Under the pieces are notes generated by a model. The model was not told where the DNA came from, made no database searches, and was given only the letters and a program-made list of their open reading frames with translations. 64,000 nucleotides of DNA from Promethearchaeota archaeon (GTDB taxonomy: Archaea; Asgardarchaeota; Lokiarchaeia; Sigyniarchaeales; SOKP01): NCBI GenBank assembly GCA_048940645.1, contig JBHLOI010000007.1:1-64000 (forward strand), in the 5' to 3' direction. The translations under genes and the position numbers were made by a program. Positions 19,660 through 29,339 of the stretch are shown piece after piece (the first letter of the stretch is position 1; every line of letters begins with the position of its first letter).

Positions 19660-20982
19660 ATGGCACTTGAAGAATTAGAAGATTGGAGAAAATCCCATTA
19701 TACTAAAGATATAACTCAAGATTTAATAGATAAAGAGGTAATCCTTGGAGGTTGGGTGAGAAATTTTAGAGATCTTGGTGGTTTAAAATTTATTAATCTT
19801 CAAGATAAGTATGGAGAACGGCAAATAACTTTAAAAAAAGGAGTGGTTTCTGATGATATTTTCGATAAGGCTAAGTTGGGGTATCAGTATTGTATAATGG
19901 TAAAAGGAAATGTAAAGAGATTTGATAAAGCTCCTGGAGGAATTGAGATTATTCCATCAGAAATTAAAATATTAAATAAAACTCCTGAAAAGCTTCCCAT
20001 AGATATGACAGGAGAAACTAATTCTGAATTAGATCTACGGTTGAATAACAGGGCTTTAGATTTAAGATCTTTAAGAAATCAAGCGATTTTTGAAATAAGA
20101 GCAGAAGTTTTAAAATCTATTAGAAATTTTTTACTAGAAAGAGATTTTACAGAGATTACAACCCCAAAAATAATTGGATCGGCTACTGAAGGTGGTACAG
20201 AATTATTTCCCATCATGTATTTTGATAAAGAGGCATTTTTAACACAATCAGCTCAACTATATAAAGAACAACTTAGTGGAGTATATGAAAGAGTATTTGA
20301 AGTAAGTCCGTGTTTCAGAGCTGAAAAAAGTCGTACTAAAAGACACTTATGTGAGATTTTTACATTAGATCTAGAAATGGCTTTTGCAGATATGAACGAT
20401 GTCATCAAGATCTTAGAAGAGATGGTCCACAATGTCATTAAGGATATAAGAGAAAACAAAATGCCGGCTTTAAAAACTCTAAAAATGGAAAATAAGACTA
20501 CTGTTCCAGAAGTACCACTTCCAAGATATAGCTATGATGAAATCCTCGAGTTAATAAATAAAAAATTTAAAATTAGCGTAGAATGGGGTGAAGATATTTC
20601 TACAGAAGCTTACCGTAAATTAGGAGAAGAGATCACAGGTTATTACTACATTACTCATTGGCCAATGGCTATAAAACCATTTTACATTCAGCCATCAAAC
20701 GATCCAAAATATAGCGAATCATTCGATTTACAAATGGGATGGCTTGAATTAACTTCAGGTGGAACCAGAATACATAAAAAAGAAGAACTTATTGAAGCAC
20801 TTGAGGAAAAAGGATTAAATCACATTTCCTTTGAATCTCATCTTAATGTTTTTGGTTTTGGTATGCCTCCTCATGCAGGATTTGGATTAGGTATAGCACG
20901 CTGGATTACATTTTTATGTGGTTTGGATGATATTAGAGAATCTGTTATGTATCCTAGAACACCTGATAGATTAACACCTTAA
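19660..20982 (+). CDS. aspS: Aspartyl-tRNA synthetase, archaeal type, probably non-discriminating
   Basis: OB-fold [40 protein letters not shown]; KAPGG (Pro) loop typical of non-discriminating AspRS. Confidence 0.95.
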   Translation: MALEELEDWRKSHYTKDITQDLIDKEVILGGWVRNFRDLGGLKFINLQDKYGERQITLKKGVVSDDIFDKAKLGYQYCIMVKGNVKRFDKAPGGIEIIPSEIKILNKTPEKLPIDMTGETNSELDLRLNNRALDLRSLRNQAIFEIRAEVLKSIRNFLLERDFTEITTPKIIGSATEGGTELFPIMYFDKEAFLTQSAQLYKEQLSGVYERVFEVSPCFRAEKSRTKRHLCEIFTLDLEMAFADMNDVIKILEEMVHNVIKDIRENKMPALKTLKMENKTTVPEVPLPRYSYDEILELINKKFKISVEWGEDISTEAYRKLGEEITGYYYITHWPMAIKPFYIQPSNDPKYSESFDLQMGWLELTSGGTRIHKKEELIEALEEKGLNHISFESHLNVFGFGMPPHAGFGLGIARWITFLCGLDDIRESVMYPRTPDRLTP

Positions 20983-20992
20983 TTAAATTTCA

Positions 20993-21931
20993 ATGATAGA
21001 ATTTTTTTTAATTATGACTGAAGAATGGATAGATTCATATAAAAAAGCCGGTAAAGCTGTAATTTATGCTCAAAAATTGGTTAAAAAGATTATTAAACCA
21101 GGAGCATTATTTTTAGAAATTGCAAATAAATGTGAGGATGAGATATTTAATCAAGGATGTGAATTAGCTTTTCCAATAAATATTTCCTTGGACAACATTG
21201 CTGCTCATTATAGCCCTTCCATTGATGATGAAACAAGTGTACCAGATAAGGGATTATTAAAGATTGATTTGGGAGCTCATTATAAAGGGTATATCGCAGA
21301 CTCTGCCATTACTTTCAACCTTAATAATGACAAAGCCCTTCAAAATTATATTGATGCCGCAAATGATGGTCTTGAAGCTGCTATTGCCATTTTCAAACCA
21401 GGAACTAAATTATATGAGTTAGGAGAAGCTATTGCTGAAAAAATTATTAATTGTGGTTTAAGACCAATTACTAATCTTGGAGGCCATGAATTAAAAAGAT
21501 TTAATTTGCATGCTGGTCCATTTATTCCAAATTTTAAAGATACTAGTCATAATCAAGTTTTAAAACCGGGCGATGCTTATGCTTGTGAACCCTTTACCAC
21601 ATCAGGAGTTGGGAAAGTTGTAAATGGAACACAATCTTATATTTTTCGCTTTGTTAAAAAGATTAAAAAAGGCCTCTCCTATAAAGATCTAGATCTAATG
21701 AATAAAATTGAAAAATTAACTAATCGCCTTCCATTTTCACCTCGATTACTGGAGAAAAACGGCATTTTAAAAAATGAAATCAAAGGAATAATTGATAGAT
21801 TTTTACGAAAGAAGATTCTGGATCATTATCCAATATTACTTGAAAGGACTGGTGCCCCTGTAGCCCAGCAAGAACATACAATTATAATTGATATGGATGG
21901 AAATCCAATTGTCACTACAAAAGAAAAATAA
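20993..21931 (+). CDS. map: Methionine aminopeptidase type II
   Basis: AAHYSP, KIDLGAH..GYIADSA, LGGH, CEPF, QQEHT. Confidence 0.95.
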   Translation: MIEFFLIMTEEWIDSYKKAGKAVIYAQKLVKKIIKPGALFLEIANKCEDEIFNQGCELAFPINISLDNIAAHYSPSIDDETSVPDKGLLKIDLGAHYKGYIADSAITFNLNNDKALQNYIDAANDGLEAAIAIFKPGTKLYELGEAIAEKIINCGLRPITNLGGHELKRFNLHAGPFIPNFKDTSHNQVLKPGDAYACEPFTTSGVGKVVNGTQSYIFRFVKKIKKGLSYKDLDLMNKIEKLTNRLPFSPRLLEKNGILKNEIKGIIDRFLRKKILDHYPILLERTGAPVAQQEHTIIIDMDGNPIVTTKEK

Positions 21932-22775
21932 AGAAAAAAATCTAATAGCTATCATTTTATGTGCTGGTAAAGGAACTCGATATGGAAAATTTACTCGAAA
22001 AATTCCTAAACCATTAATTAAAATAAAGGCTCTTAATAATATTACCATTCTTCATCATTTAATTAGAGATCTTGATAATTTAAAAGTATTTAAAATTGCT
22101 GTGGTTACTGGATATCTAAGCGAAAGAATACAAGCTTCTTTAGAGATACTAATAAAGGAGCATTGGAATTTAAAAAATAAATTAATTATAGTTAATTCAG
22201 GTGAAGATTATAAGAGAGGCCCAATATTTTCTCTACTTTCCATATTAAAGAACAAGAATATTTATAAGAAAGATAATGTGTTCATTGTTTTTCCTGGGGA
22301 TACAATTTTCAATATCGAGTTATTAAAAGAAATTTTTAGTTTTATTTATGAAAATTATGTATTAATTCAAAAGAGTCCTTATATTTTTTACCAAGAAATT
22401 CAAGCTAAAAATTTATATAAACCTGATAAAGAAAGAGTTAATTTTATATCCATTCTAGAATCTGATGAAACTAAACCAAAAATTAAGATTGAAGAAATTA
22501 AAAAGATAGATATAAACTCACTTCCCAAAGAAATATGGCTAAAAAAAATTATCCCTATATTAGTATTAAACTACTCTGTTTTAGAAATTTTAAATAAACT
22601 TTCTAAAAATAATCCCGTAGAGGAAATTAGAGAGTTATTGAACATATATTTAAAGCAAAATCAGAAGTTAATTCCATTTAAAATAGAATCAAAAAAACAG
22701 TTTTACGATATTGATACTTTTGAAGATTTAAATTATTTCAATCAGCTTGAAAGAGAAAAAAAAGGTGGACAATAG
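21888..22775 (+). CDS. Sugar/phosphocholine nucleotidyltransferase family protein (true start probably slightly downstream)
   Basis: ILCAGKGTRY...PKPL; PGD; FYDIDTFEDL. Confidence 0.82.
   Translation: MIWMEIQLSLQKKNKEKNLIAIILCAGKGTRYGKFTRKIPKPLIKIKALNNITILHHLIRDLDNLKVFKIAVVTGYLSERIQASLEILIKEHWNLKNKLIIVNSGEDYKRGPIFSLLSILKNKNIYKKDNVFIVFPGDTIFNIELLKEIFSFIYENYVLIQKSPYIFYQEIQAKNLYKPDKERVNFISILESDETKPKIKIEEIKKIDINSLPKEIWLKKIIPILVLNYSVLEILNKLSKNNPVEEIRELLNIYLKQNQKLIPFKIESKKQFYDIDTFEDLNYFNQLEREKKGGQ
22756..22763 (-). terminator. Oligo-T terminator (T8) of the candidate ncRNA
   Basis: A8 on the + strand directly abutting the terminal helix (...GUCCACC-UUUUUUUU). Confidence 0.45.
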
Positions 22776-23269
22776 TAGCTCCAATAACCTCAGAAGAGTT
22801 GTATCAAAGGAAAAATGTACTATTTCTTCCTATGAATGGTCTCCTGAATCAAAGCTTCTATTGGGAAATTAGGAAATTTTTCTAAAGAGCCATTTTTGAT
22901 TTATTGTCTCGAGTATCAAAAAATTTACTCAATCCGACAAGAATTCATATTATTATCGCTCCTAAGTATAACCTACCTTTCCTTTTATAGCTATTATTTG
23001 TATAATATAATTATTTGCTCCAAAATGCTGATTTATTTAAACGCTTTTGTGAATTGATGTAAATATTAAAACTTATGAAATTTTCTATAGAGCACTATAG
23101 GAACAAATGTAAATCAATAATAAAAAACAATTGGATTCAATGTTATCATTAAATCCTTAGTCACCAAAAATAAAAAATCTTTAAGTTATTTCAACTTATT
23201 AAATAGTCGCAATTTACTCTACAGTGGACTGTAATAATTGTATTCAATTCCAATGCAATACTATTGTCC
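22764..23269 (-). ncRNA. Candidate ~505-nt structured non-coding RNA of unknown family
   Basis: 12-bp terminal inverted repeat (TGGACAATAGTA 22766-22777 / TACTATTGTCCA 23259-23270); several internal stems; TTTAAATA at -31..-24; T8 tract immediately after the 3' end; no ORF of 60 aa or more. Confidence 0.55.
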
Positions 23270-23292
23270 AATAAATAAGATGGTGAAATGAG

Positions 23293-23300
23293 TATTTAAA
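23293..23300 (-). promoter_or_regulatory. Archaeal TATA box (TTTAAATA) for the candidate ncRNA
   Basis: Ends 24 nt upstream of the G at 23269 that opens the terminal helix; A-rich BRE-like sequence upstream. Confidence 0.55.
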
Positions 23301-23392
23301 TCTTATTATTAAATCCAATAATCATGGGACAATATTTTTTAAATATAAATTTGAAATAATATAAATATCAAAATTGATTCTATAAATAAATA

Positions 23393-23806
23393 ATGCCTGA
23401 AAGTGGAGACATTCCAATAAATATTACTCTTTTTGGAATCTGTGAATTAAAAGGAAATATCATTCGACATTTTGCGCCTTTATCTGCTGATGCAATTTTA
23501 GATAAATTACCTCTTGTTTTAAGAGGTAGATATAGTTTTGGAGGGAAAAAGTATTGGACCCTTCCAGGAGTTGAAATTTTTAAAGGCACTAATCCAAAAT
23601 CCAAAAAAGAAGTAGAGAAAGGTGACATCATTTATAATCCAAAAACAGATGAACTAATTTTAGTTATTGAGAATATGCTCATGCCTAATAAAGTAAACAA
23701 GATTGGGAAGATAGAAAGTACTCTTGAATTATTACTAAAAGCAACAAATGGATTAAATACAAGAATTTCTAAATCTCCTGGATCAAAACGAGAACAAAAG
23801 TTATGA
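23393..23806 (+). CDS. Cyclophilin-like fold protein (DUF369/DUF3830-like)
   Basis: APLSADAILDKLPL..RG...VEKGDIIYNP...VNKIGKI pattern. Confidence 0.65.
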   Translation: MPESGDIPINITLFGICELKGNIIRHFAPLSADAILDKLPLVLRGRYSFGGKKYWTLPGVEIFKGTNPKSKKEVEKGDIIYNPKTDELILVIENMLMPNKVNKIGKIESTLELLLKATNGLNTRISKSPGSKREQKL

Positions 23807-24615
23807 CAGTACCAAAAAAGTTATCAATTGTCTTCATATTTTTTTATTTAGCTATAATCCTCTATCTTGTCTTATTTTTAACAATCCCAGCGATAGAAAA
23901 TCTTGTTTATCAAGCAAGAAGGAATATTGCGATTTTAACAGAAGGAACTAATTACTTTTTAGCTATTATAATTTCGTTTTTTATTTGTATAATTGGAAAT
24001 GCTAGTGTAGGTTTTCCTGTACCCTATCCTTTTATACTTTTTTCATTCTCAAATTCAATTTACACAAATTATTTAAATCAAGGATTAGTAATGGGACAGA
24101 TTTTATTCAATGGATATTTTTGGTTGGAAATCTTAGGAATTACTCTTGTTGGGGGATTAGGGAGTGCTTTAGGAGAATTAGTCAGTCTCTTAATTGGAAA
24201 AGGTGCAAAGAAAGTTGCAGCAAATAATACTCTTGAAAATGTTCAAGGGTTTGGCAAAATAGTGGTAGAACATCCAAAAAGTATGTATATGTATATATTT
24301 ATTGCTGCTGCATTACCTATTCCCGATGATCCTCTATGGATTGCTTTAGGTATGTCAGAAAAGCCCATAAACTTTCGTAAATGTCTTATTTGGGCCTGGT
24401 TAGGAAAAAATATAACAACTCTCTTCTATGCACTTCTTCCTATCTTAATTTTATTTGGAGTCAATGCATCTGGTATAAGTTTAGAAGATAAAGTAAGCGT
24501 AATAACAGAAGCAATAATGTTATTGGTTACAATAACTCTGATGTTCTTCATTATGACATTTAATTGGAATAAACTTATTGAAAAAAGACAAAAAAAAAAG
24601 CAGAAAAGCAATTAG
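23803..24615 (+). CDS. DedA/VTT-domain membrane protein
   Basis: FPVPYP, GLGSALGELVSLLIGKG, ALPIPDDPL, GK motifs; ATGA overlap with the upstream gene. Confidence 0.78.
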   Translation: MTVPKKLSIVFIFFYLAIILYLVLFLTIPAIENLVYQARRNIAILTEGTNYFLAIIISFFICIIGNASVGFPVPYPFILFSFSNSIYTNYLNQGLVMGQILFNGYFWLEILGITLVGGLGSALGELVSLLIGKGAKKVAANNTLENVQGFGKIVVEHPKSMYMYIFIAAALPIPDDPLWIALGMSEKPINFRKCLIWAWLGKNITTLFYALLPILILFGVNASGISLEDKVSVITEAIMLLVTITLMFFIMTFNWNKLIEKRQKKKQKSN

Positions 24616-24625
24616 ATCCTAATAA

Positions 24626-24790
24626 TTATTTATTATTATTCAAACAATTTTTACAGACAAAAATTACTTTTTGTTTTTTTTCTGAACTCTCGTCATAATA
24701 AACTCTTTTATAAATGAAATTCTTGCAGATTTCACATATAGCAGAAGTTCTATTTTCCCCCAATAATGGGCCTAATTTTTCAAATGACAT
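24626..24790 (-). CDS. Small zinc-finger microprotein (54 aa)
   Basis: Below the ORF-track cutoff: MSFEKLGPLLGENRTSAICEICKNFIYKRVYYDESSEKKQKVIFVCKNCLNNNK; two CxxC; starts 8 nt after the Alba-like stop. Confidence 0.75.
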   Translation of the reverse strand: MSFEKLGPLLGENRTSAICEICKNFIYKRVYYDESSEKKQKVIFVCKNCLNNNK

Positions 24791-24798
24791 TTAAACAA

Positions 24799-25116
24799 CT
24801 ATGGTATCGATTTTGAAAGTGTTATTTCTATCTTTGAGATTAAATCTTTTTTTTGCTTCTCTCTCTTTTTAACTTTATAAGTTTGTCGATTATCATAATA
24901 ATATGGACGGCTTCCCAATGAAATATTCGCTATTTCTACACCTGGGTACATCCGATGTTTTAAAATTTCAGCAACTTCCACTGCAGTTGAAATTTCATCA
25001 CCTTCACCTTTTATCATTAGTGATTTAGTCCCTCCAGAAAATGCAAAAATAGCATCTTTAATAGTTCTATCTTTATCAGAACGGTTTTTTATTATTAGTG
25101 TGGTATCATTAACCAT
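24799..25116 (-). CDS. Divergent Alba-family nucleic-acid-binding protein
   Basis: IKGEGDEISTAVEVAEILKHR...ISLGS...ISKIEITLSK parallels Alba IKARGRAISKAVDVAEIV...VSTIEIVL. Confidence 0.72.
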   Translation of the reverse strand: MVNDTTLIIKNRSDKDRTIKDAIFAFSGGTKSLMIKGEGDEISTAVEVAEILKHRMYPGVEIANISLGSRPYYYDNRQTYKVKKREKQKKDLISKIEITLSKSIP

Positions 25117-25290
25117 GAAAGAACCTCGTTAATAAAAACTTACTATGATTGAATCAAAAAAAGTTTAGTAGTAAATAGTAAGTATACTTCAATGAATATA
25201 AAATTTTTTTAAATTATATATATTACAATTATTTTTTTAACTATTAATACACCCTTTCAATTAAAATATCTTAAAAGGTTGAAAATTTAA

Positions 25291-26544
25291 TTAAAGATTA
25301 AATTCTGAACGTGAATTTAAATAATCTAAAATTTTATAATAATCAGAGCTTCTAGACTCAAAATGTTCGATTATCTTACGTTCATTCGTGTCTAAATAAT
25401 CATAATAAGGAAAGATTATTTCAATGCGTTTAGTGAAATCTTCAATTAATTTATTATACCAATCATTTGGTTTTGCTAAAAGTGTCTGAATTTTTTTCTT
25501 AAATTTTTCTCTTTTTCCTTTAAATTTTGCATCATCATTGCTTTTCTTGATTTCTAATAAAAATTTTTCATATTTTTTAATATCTTCTTCTACCTTTTCT
25601 CTAAACTTAGGAATCCTAAAGCTTTTTTTAAAAAAATCAGGATCCCACTCATATAAATATCTCTCATCTTCCTCGGCTTCCTCTTCATCAGCAGTTACTA
25701 TAATGTCACTTTTAGGGACTAAAATTAATCCATAATTTCTCTGTAATTGGGCTAAATACCTCTTACGTAAAATTTGATCAATATATTTTATTTCTTTCAA
25801 GACTTTTGTAATATTTTTATCTAAATCTTTTATGATTGGAGTGGCTTCTTTAATCATTTCTTTTTGAGGGAATTCATATTCCAAATCTGTAAAATCGTAT
25901 GTAGAAAGCATTTCTTGTTCTGGATTTAACATGCGTAGTGCAGCAACTCCTAGATAATAATCTGTAGATTTTAATTCACAATGATTAAAAATTAGGCCCA
26001 CCGCAAATGGATTTGGAATTTGATAACCTAATTGAGTTAGACAATCTACAGAACTAAAAAAAAACTTAAATCCAGGATGTGTATGCCACCATCCTATTAT
26101 AAAATCGTCCTTTTTATCTTGAACAGACTTTTGATATACAGATTCATCAATTTGAGCCATATCAACATATTGTTTGTTTTCATATGCTACACCCGCTCGA
26201 TCTCCTACAATCATTGGGATGGCATCTTTTATAATCACTTCTTTGTTGTTTTCTATAGATCCAATTAGGATTCCATAAACTTCACGCCAGTTTTTTGACG
26301 ATAATTCATTATTAGCATATCTCATCGCATATCCAACCATTCTTCGATAGGCATTAAACTTCAATAAAACGGGTGTTTTCGCAGGATTTATTCCATATTT
26401 TTCTATTAGTTTATCAGTTGGAGATAATTCTGTCAACCTTATAGATCTTAAATTGCCATTATCCTCTCCTGAATCTTCAAATTTGTTTTGATTGAGTGAT
26501 TTCTTTTTTGTATCTTGATCCTTGTTGCTTCTATCATTCATCAT
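25291..26544 (-). CDS. JAMM/MPN+ metalloprotease with long helical C-terminal extension
   Basis: EVYGILIG and GWWHTHPGFKFFFSSVD (E..HxH..S..D). Confidence 0.88.
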   Translation of the reverse strand: MMNDRSNKDQDTKKKSLNQNKFEDSGEDNGNLRSIRLTELSPTDKLIEKYGINPAKTPVLLKFNAYRRMVGYAMRYANNELSSKNWREVYGILIGSIENNKEVIIKDAIPMIVGDRAGVAYENKQYVDMAQIDESVYQKSVQDKKDDFIIGWWHTHPGFKFFFSSVDCLTQLGYQIPNPFAVGLIFNHCELKSTDYYLGVAALRMLNPEQEMLSTYDFTDLEYEFPQKEMIKEATPIIKDLDKNITKVLKEIKYIDQILRKRYLAQLQRNYGLILVPKSDIIVTADEEEAEEDERYLYEWDPDFFKKSFRIPKFREKVEEDIKKYEKFLLEIKKSNDDAKFKGKREKFKKKIQTLLAKPNDWYNKLIEDFTKRIEIIFPYYDYLDTNERKIIEHFESRSSDYYKILDYLNSRSEFNL

Positions 26545-26647
26545 TTAATCAGTGAAATAAATTTTTTAACAAATTAATTATAGTTTAAAGATTTTTATTC
26601 TTTTATAATGATTTAATTATATTTTGAATTATATTTTAATCTAAGCA

Positions 26648-27190
26648 ATGAAGGTTATTGGATTTTGTGGGCTTCCTGGTTCAGGTAAATCAACAGCAAT
26701 AAACTCTATTAAAGATTTAGGAAAAGTCATTAATATGGGGGATGTAGTAAGAATTGAAGCTAAGGCTAGAAATCTTGAACCAACTGATGAGATTTTAGGA
26801 AAAATTGCAAAAGATTTAAGAGAAAAGGGAGGTGAAGGGATCATTGCGCAAAAATGTGTTGAATTAATTCAAAATTTGGAAGATAATATTGTTTTTATCG
26901 ACGGTATCAGGTCTATAACTGAAGTTGAAATATTTAGAAAATATTGGAAATTCCCCTTAATCGAAATTGCAGCTAAAGATAAATTAAGATATAAAAGAAT
27001 TGCTCAAAGGGATAGAAGCGATGATTCAAAAGATTTTATCGAAATATTGGAAAGAGATAAAAGAGAAATTGGATTTGGTATTATTAACGTATTGAAAAAA
27101 GCTAATTTTAAGATAACAAATAATTTAACAATAAAAAGATTAGAAAAAAAAACCAGAGAAATCGTCAAGTGGATAATTAATAACTATTAA
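26648..27190 (+). CDS. P-loop nucleoside/nucleotide kinase (UPF0200, dephospho-CoA-kinase-like)
   Basis: GLPGSGKS, MGDVVR, IDGIRS..EV, RDRSDD, ERDKRE..FG. Confidence 0.85.
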   Translation: MKVIGFCGLPGSGKSTAINSIKDLGKVINMGDVVRIEAKARNLEPTDEILGKIAKDLREKGGEGIIAQKCVELIQNLEDNIVFIDGIRSITEVEIFRKYWKFPLIEIAAKDKLRYKRIAQRDRSDDSKDFIEILERDKREIGFGIINVLKKANFKITNNLTIKRLEKKTREIVKWIINNY

Positions 27191-27196
27191 TTCCTT

Positions 27197-28105
27197 TTAA
27201 TCAAATTTTAAATAATCTGCTATTGTTTTAGCCAATGAAACTTTAGCTAATTCATTATCGATTGAATCTGTGCCAATTATTTCATCAGCTCCTGCTTTTA
27301 GAATTCTATATTTTGCTTGTTGAAGCATTAAGGCATGGGTAGCTACAGCATATACTCTATTTGCACCACTTTCTTTTGATAACTTAATTGCTGTAGCCAT
27401 TGTACCTCCTGTTGCTATGATATCATCGGCAATTACTACATCTTTATTTTTTAAACTTAACTTGCCTGACATCACGATATCTCCTGTTTTAACGTCTCTT
27501 ACTTTTTCAAAATAATCGACGAGTATATCATCTCCAAAATATTTGGCAAAAGCCTTAGATCTCTCAACAGCTCCTTTGTCAGGAGAAACAACTACAATGT
27601 CCTTAGCTCCTAATTTTTTAATGTAATCCGCTAAAAGTTTCATAGAATCAACGTTAATTGCCTTACAAGAAAAATCTACTAAAATTTTAGGTTCATGGAG
27701 GTCTACCGTGTAAAATTCATCAATATTAAAGGAATTTATCATTCTAATAATTGTAGTAGCAAATGGGCACTCACCTGGTCTAAATATCTTATCTTGACGT
27801 GCATAAGCAAGATAAGGAACTACAACTATGATCTTTTTAGAACCTATCCTTTTAACGGAATCAATCATCATCGCAAGCTCAAATAATCTCTTATTTTGAT
27901 CTGCATTTGAACTTGGGCCAGTAGATTGTACAATTATTACTTCCTTCCCTTGAATAATTGTCTCATCTTCAATATTTAAGCGTAGATAATTCTCTCCATC
28001 GGGAAAGCTTTTAGACTCAGTATCTACAGTCTCAATTCCTAATTCTTCAGCTATTTTTACTCCAAGAATTTGACTTCCTGGTCCCACTATTAAGATTTTT
28101 TCCAT
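27197..28105 (-). CDS. prs: Ribose-phosphate pyrophosphokinase
   Basis: FPDGE, PYLAYARQDK, VDLH, SPDKGA, DDIIATGGT. Confidence 0.96.
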   Translation of the reverse strand: MEKILIVGPGSQILGVKIAEELGIETVDTESKSFPDGENYLRLNIEDETIIQGKEVIIVQSTGPSSNADQNKRLFELAMMIDSVKRIGSKKIIVVVPYLAYARQDKIFRPGECPFATTIIRMINSFNIDEFYTVDLHEPKILVDFSCKAINVDSMKLLADYIKKLGAKDIVVVSPDKGAVERSKAFAKYFGDDILVDYFEKVRDVKTGDIVMSGKLSLKNKDVVIADDIIATGGTMATAIKLSKESGANRVYAVATHALMLQQAKYRILKAGADEIIGTDSIDNELAKVSLAKTIADYLKFD

Positions 28106-28158
28106 ATAAATTTCACATTTAAATTTAACTCTCTAATTTAATTAATTACCAATTTTCC

Positions 28159-28881
28159 TTATAACTTTTTTATAAATTCAAGACATGATTCAAAAATTTC
28201 CTCTCTATGTCCTTTAAACGAATGACCTCCATTTTCATAAATAACGACATTCTTATCATTCAAATTCAAATGATTTTTAATATAATAAACATTTTCAAAT
28301 GGAATTCTTTTATCATCTTTACAATGAGCAATTAAAATTCTATCAATATTCTTATCATCTTTCTTTAGAAAATATCTTGGACTGATTTTCTTTACAATTT
28401 CTTCTGAAAATTTGACATTAGTTGTATGATAATCATAACGCGTGCAGAGAGCTATTAGTTTCTTAACACGTACATCATTAAACCCATAAGTTAAAATTAT
28501 TGCCCCACCTATGCTTCTTCCAAAGAGGATGATATTTTGATCGGATAGTCTTTTGGATTGACTTTGAATGAGCCAATCTAACACAATTTGTATATCTTTA
28601 AAAATTTTAATTACCATTCTGTACCATGATCTATGCCCTGTTTGTTTTTTGGTCTCACCGTGAGCTCTATAATCGTATGATAAAACATAATAACCTGCTT
28701 TTGCGAATTTCTCAGAAAAAAATCGTACAAAATAGCTTTCCCTATGATCTAATAAACCTGCAAGATTAATGATAAAGGGAGCTTTTGGTGGAGTCTTTTC
28801 AGTAGAGTATATAGATGCTTTTAATTTAATATTATCGGATATTATCGGTATATCAATATTTTCAATCTTTAATGCACTCAT
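28159..28881 (-). CDS. Alpha/beta hydrolase
   Basis: DYRAHGE, nucleophile GRSIGG, DD..IP, GGH. Confidence 0.88.
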   Translation of the reverse strand: MSALKIENIDIPIISDNIKLKASIYSTEKTPPKAPFIINLAGLLDHRESYFVRFFSEKFAKAGYYVLSYDYRAHGETKKQTGHRSWYRMVIKIFKDIQIVLDWLIQSQSKRLSDQNIILFGRSIGGAIILTYGFNDVRVKKLIALCTRYDYHTTNVKFSEEIVKKISPRYFLKKDDKNIDRILIAHCKDDKRIPFENVYYIKNHLNLNDKNVVIYENGGHSFKGHREEIFESCLEFIKKL

Positions 28882-28891
28882 AATACTTAAC

Positions 28892-29338
28892 CTACCCCTC
28901 TTTTTCTCTATATTTTTTTATTAATCCTTTTAGCGTTTTTACGGCTAATTCAGCACAATGCTTATGATCCTCGGGTAATCCATGTAAAGCTTTATCTAAA
29001 TCTTCAGGAGTTAAATCTTCAGCGAATTTTAATGTATTTCCTTCTATTAGTAAGGTGGTTTGACTGCCAGCCGCTACAGATGCTCCACATCCATCAGTAA
29101 TGAAATTAGCCTTCAGTATTTTACCATCTTCAACTTTTAAAAAGAATTGCATTAAATCACCACAGGATCCTCGAAAAGAGTTGGATAGGGTAATTTTCTC
29201 ATTTGATGGTTTACCCCAATTAGGAGGATTATGAAATAATTTGACAATATACGGATTAAAATCTTCAAGTTCCTTTTCTATTATCTCTTGTTGAAGTTTA
29301 TCAACAAAATCATCAAATTCATCTTTCTCATCGGTCAT
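28892..29338 (-). CDS. iscU: Fe-S cluster scaffold, IscU/NifU-N family
   Basis: SCGD, GCGASVA, LP..HKHCA (three conserved Cys). Confidence 0.9.
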   Translation of the reverse strand: MTDEKDEFDDFVDKLQQEIIEKELEDFNPYIVKLFHNPPNWGKPSNEKITLSNSFRGSCGDLMQFFLKVEDGKILKANFITDGCGASVAAGSQTTLLIEGNTLKFAEDLTPEDLDKALHGLPEDHKHCAELAVKTLKGLIKKYREKEG

Positions 29339-29339
29339 T

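Noticed and set aside
22764-23270. tmRNA or tRNA-like identity suggested by the 3' end ...GUCCACC
   Set aside because: No T-arm (GUUCGA) and no G3-U70 pair. Canonical RNase P and SRP signature motifs were also not found, so no family name is assigned.
22766-23270. MITE interpretation of the terminal inverted repeats
   Set aside because: No target-site duplication, no second copy or transposase in the window, and TATA/U-tract geometry fits a transcript better. Not excluded without a genome-wide search.
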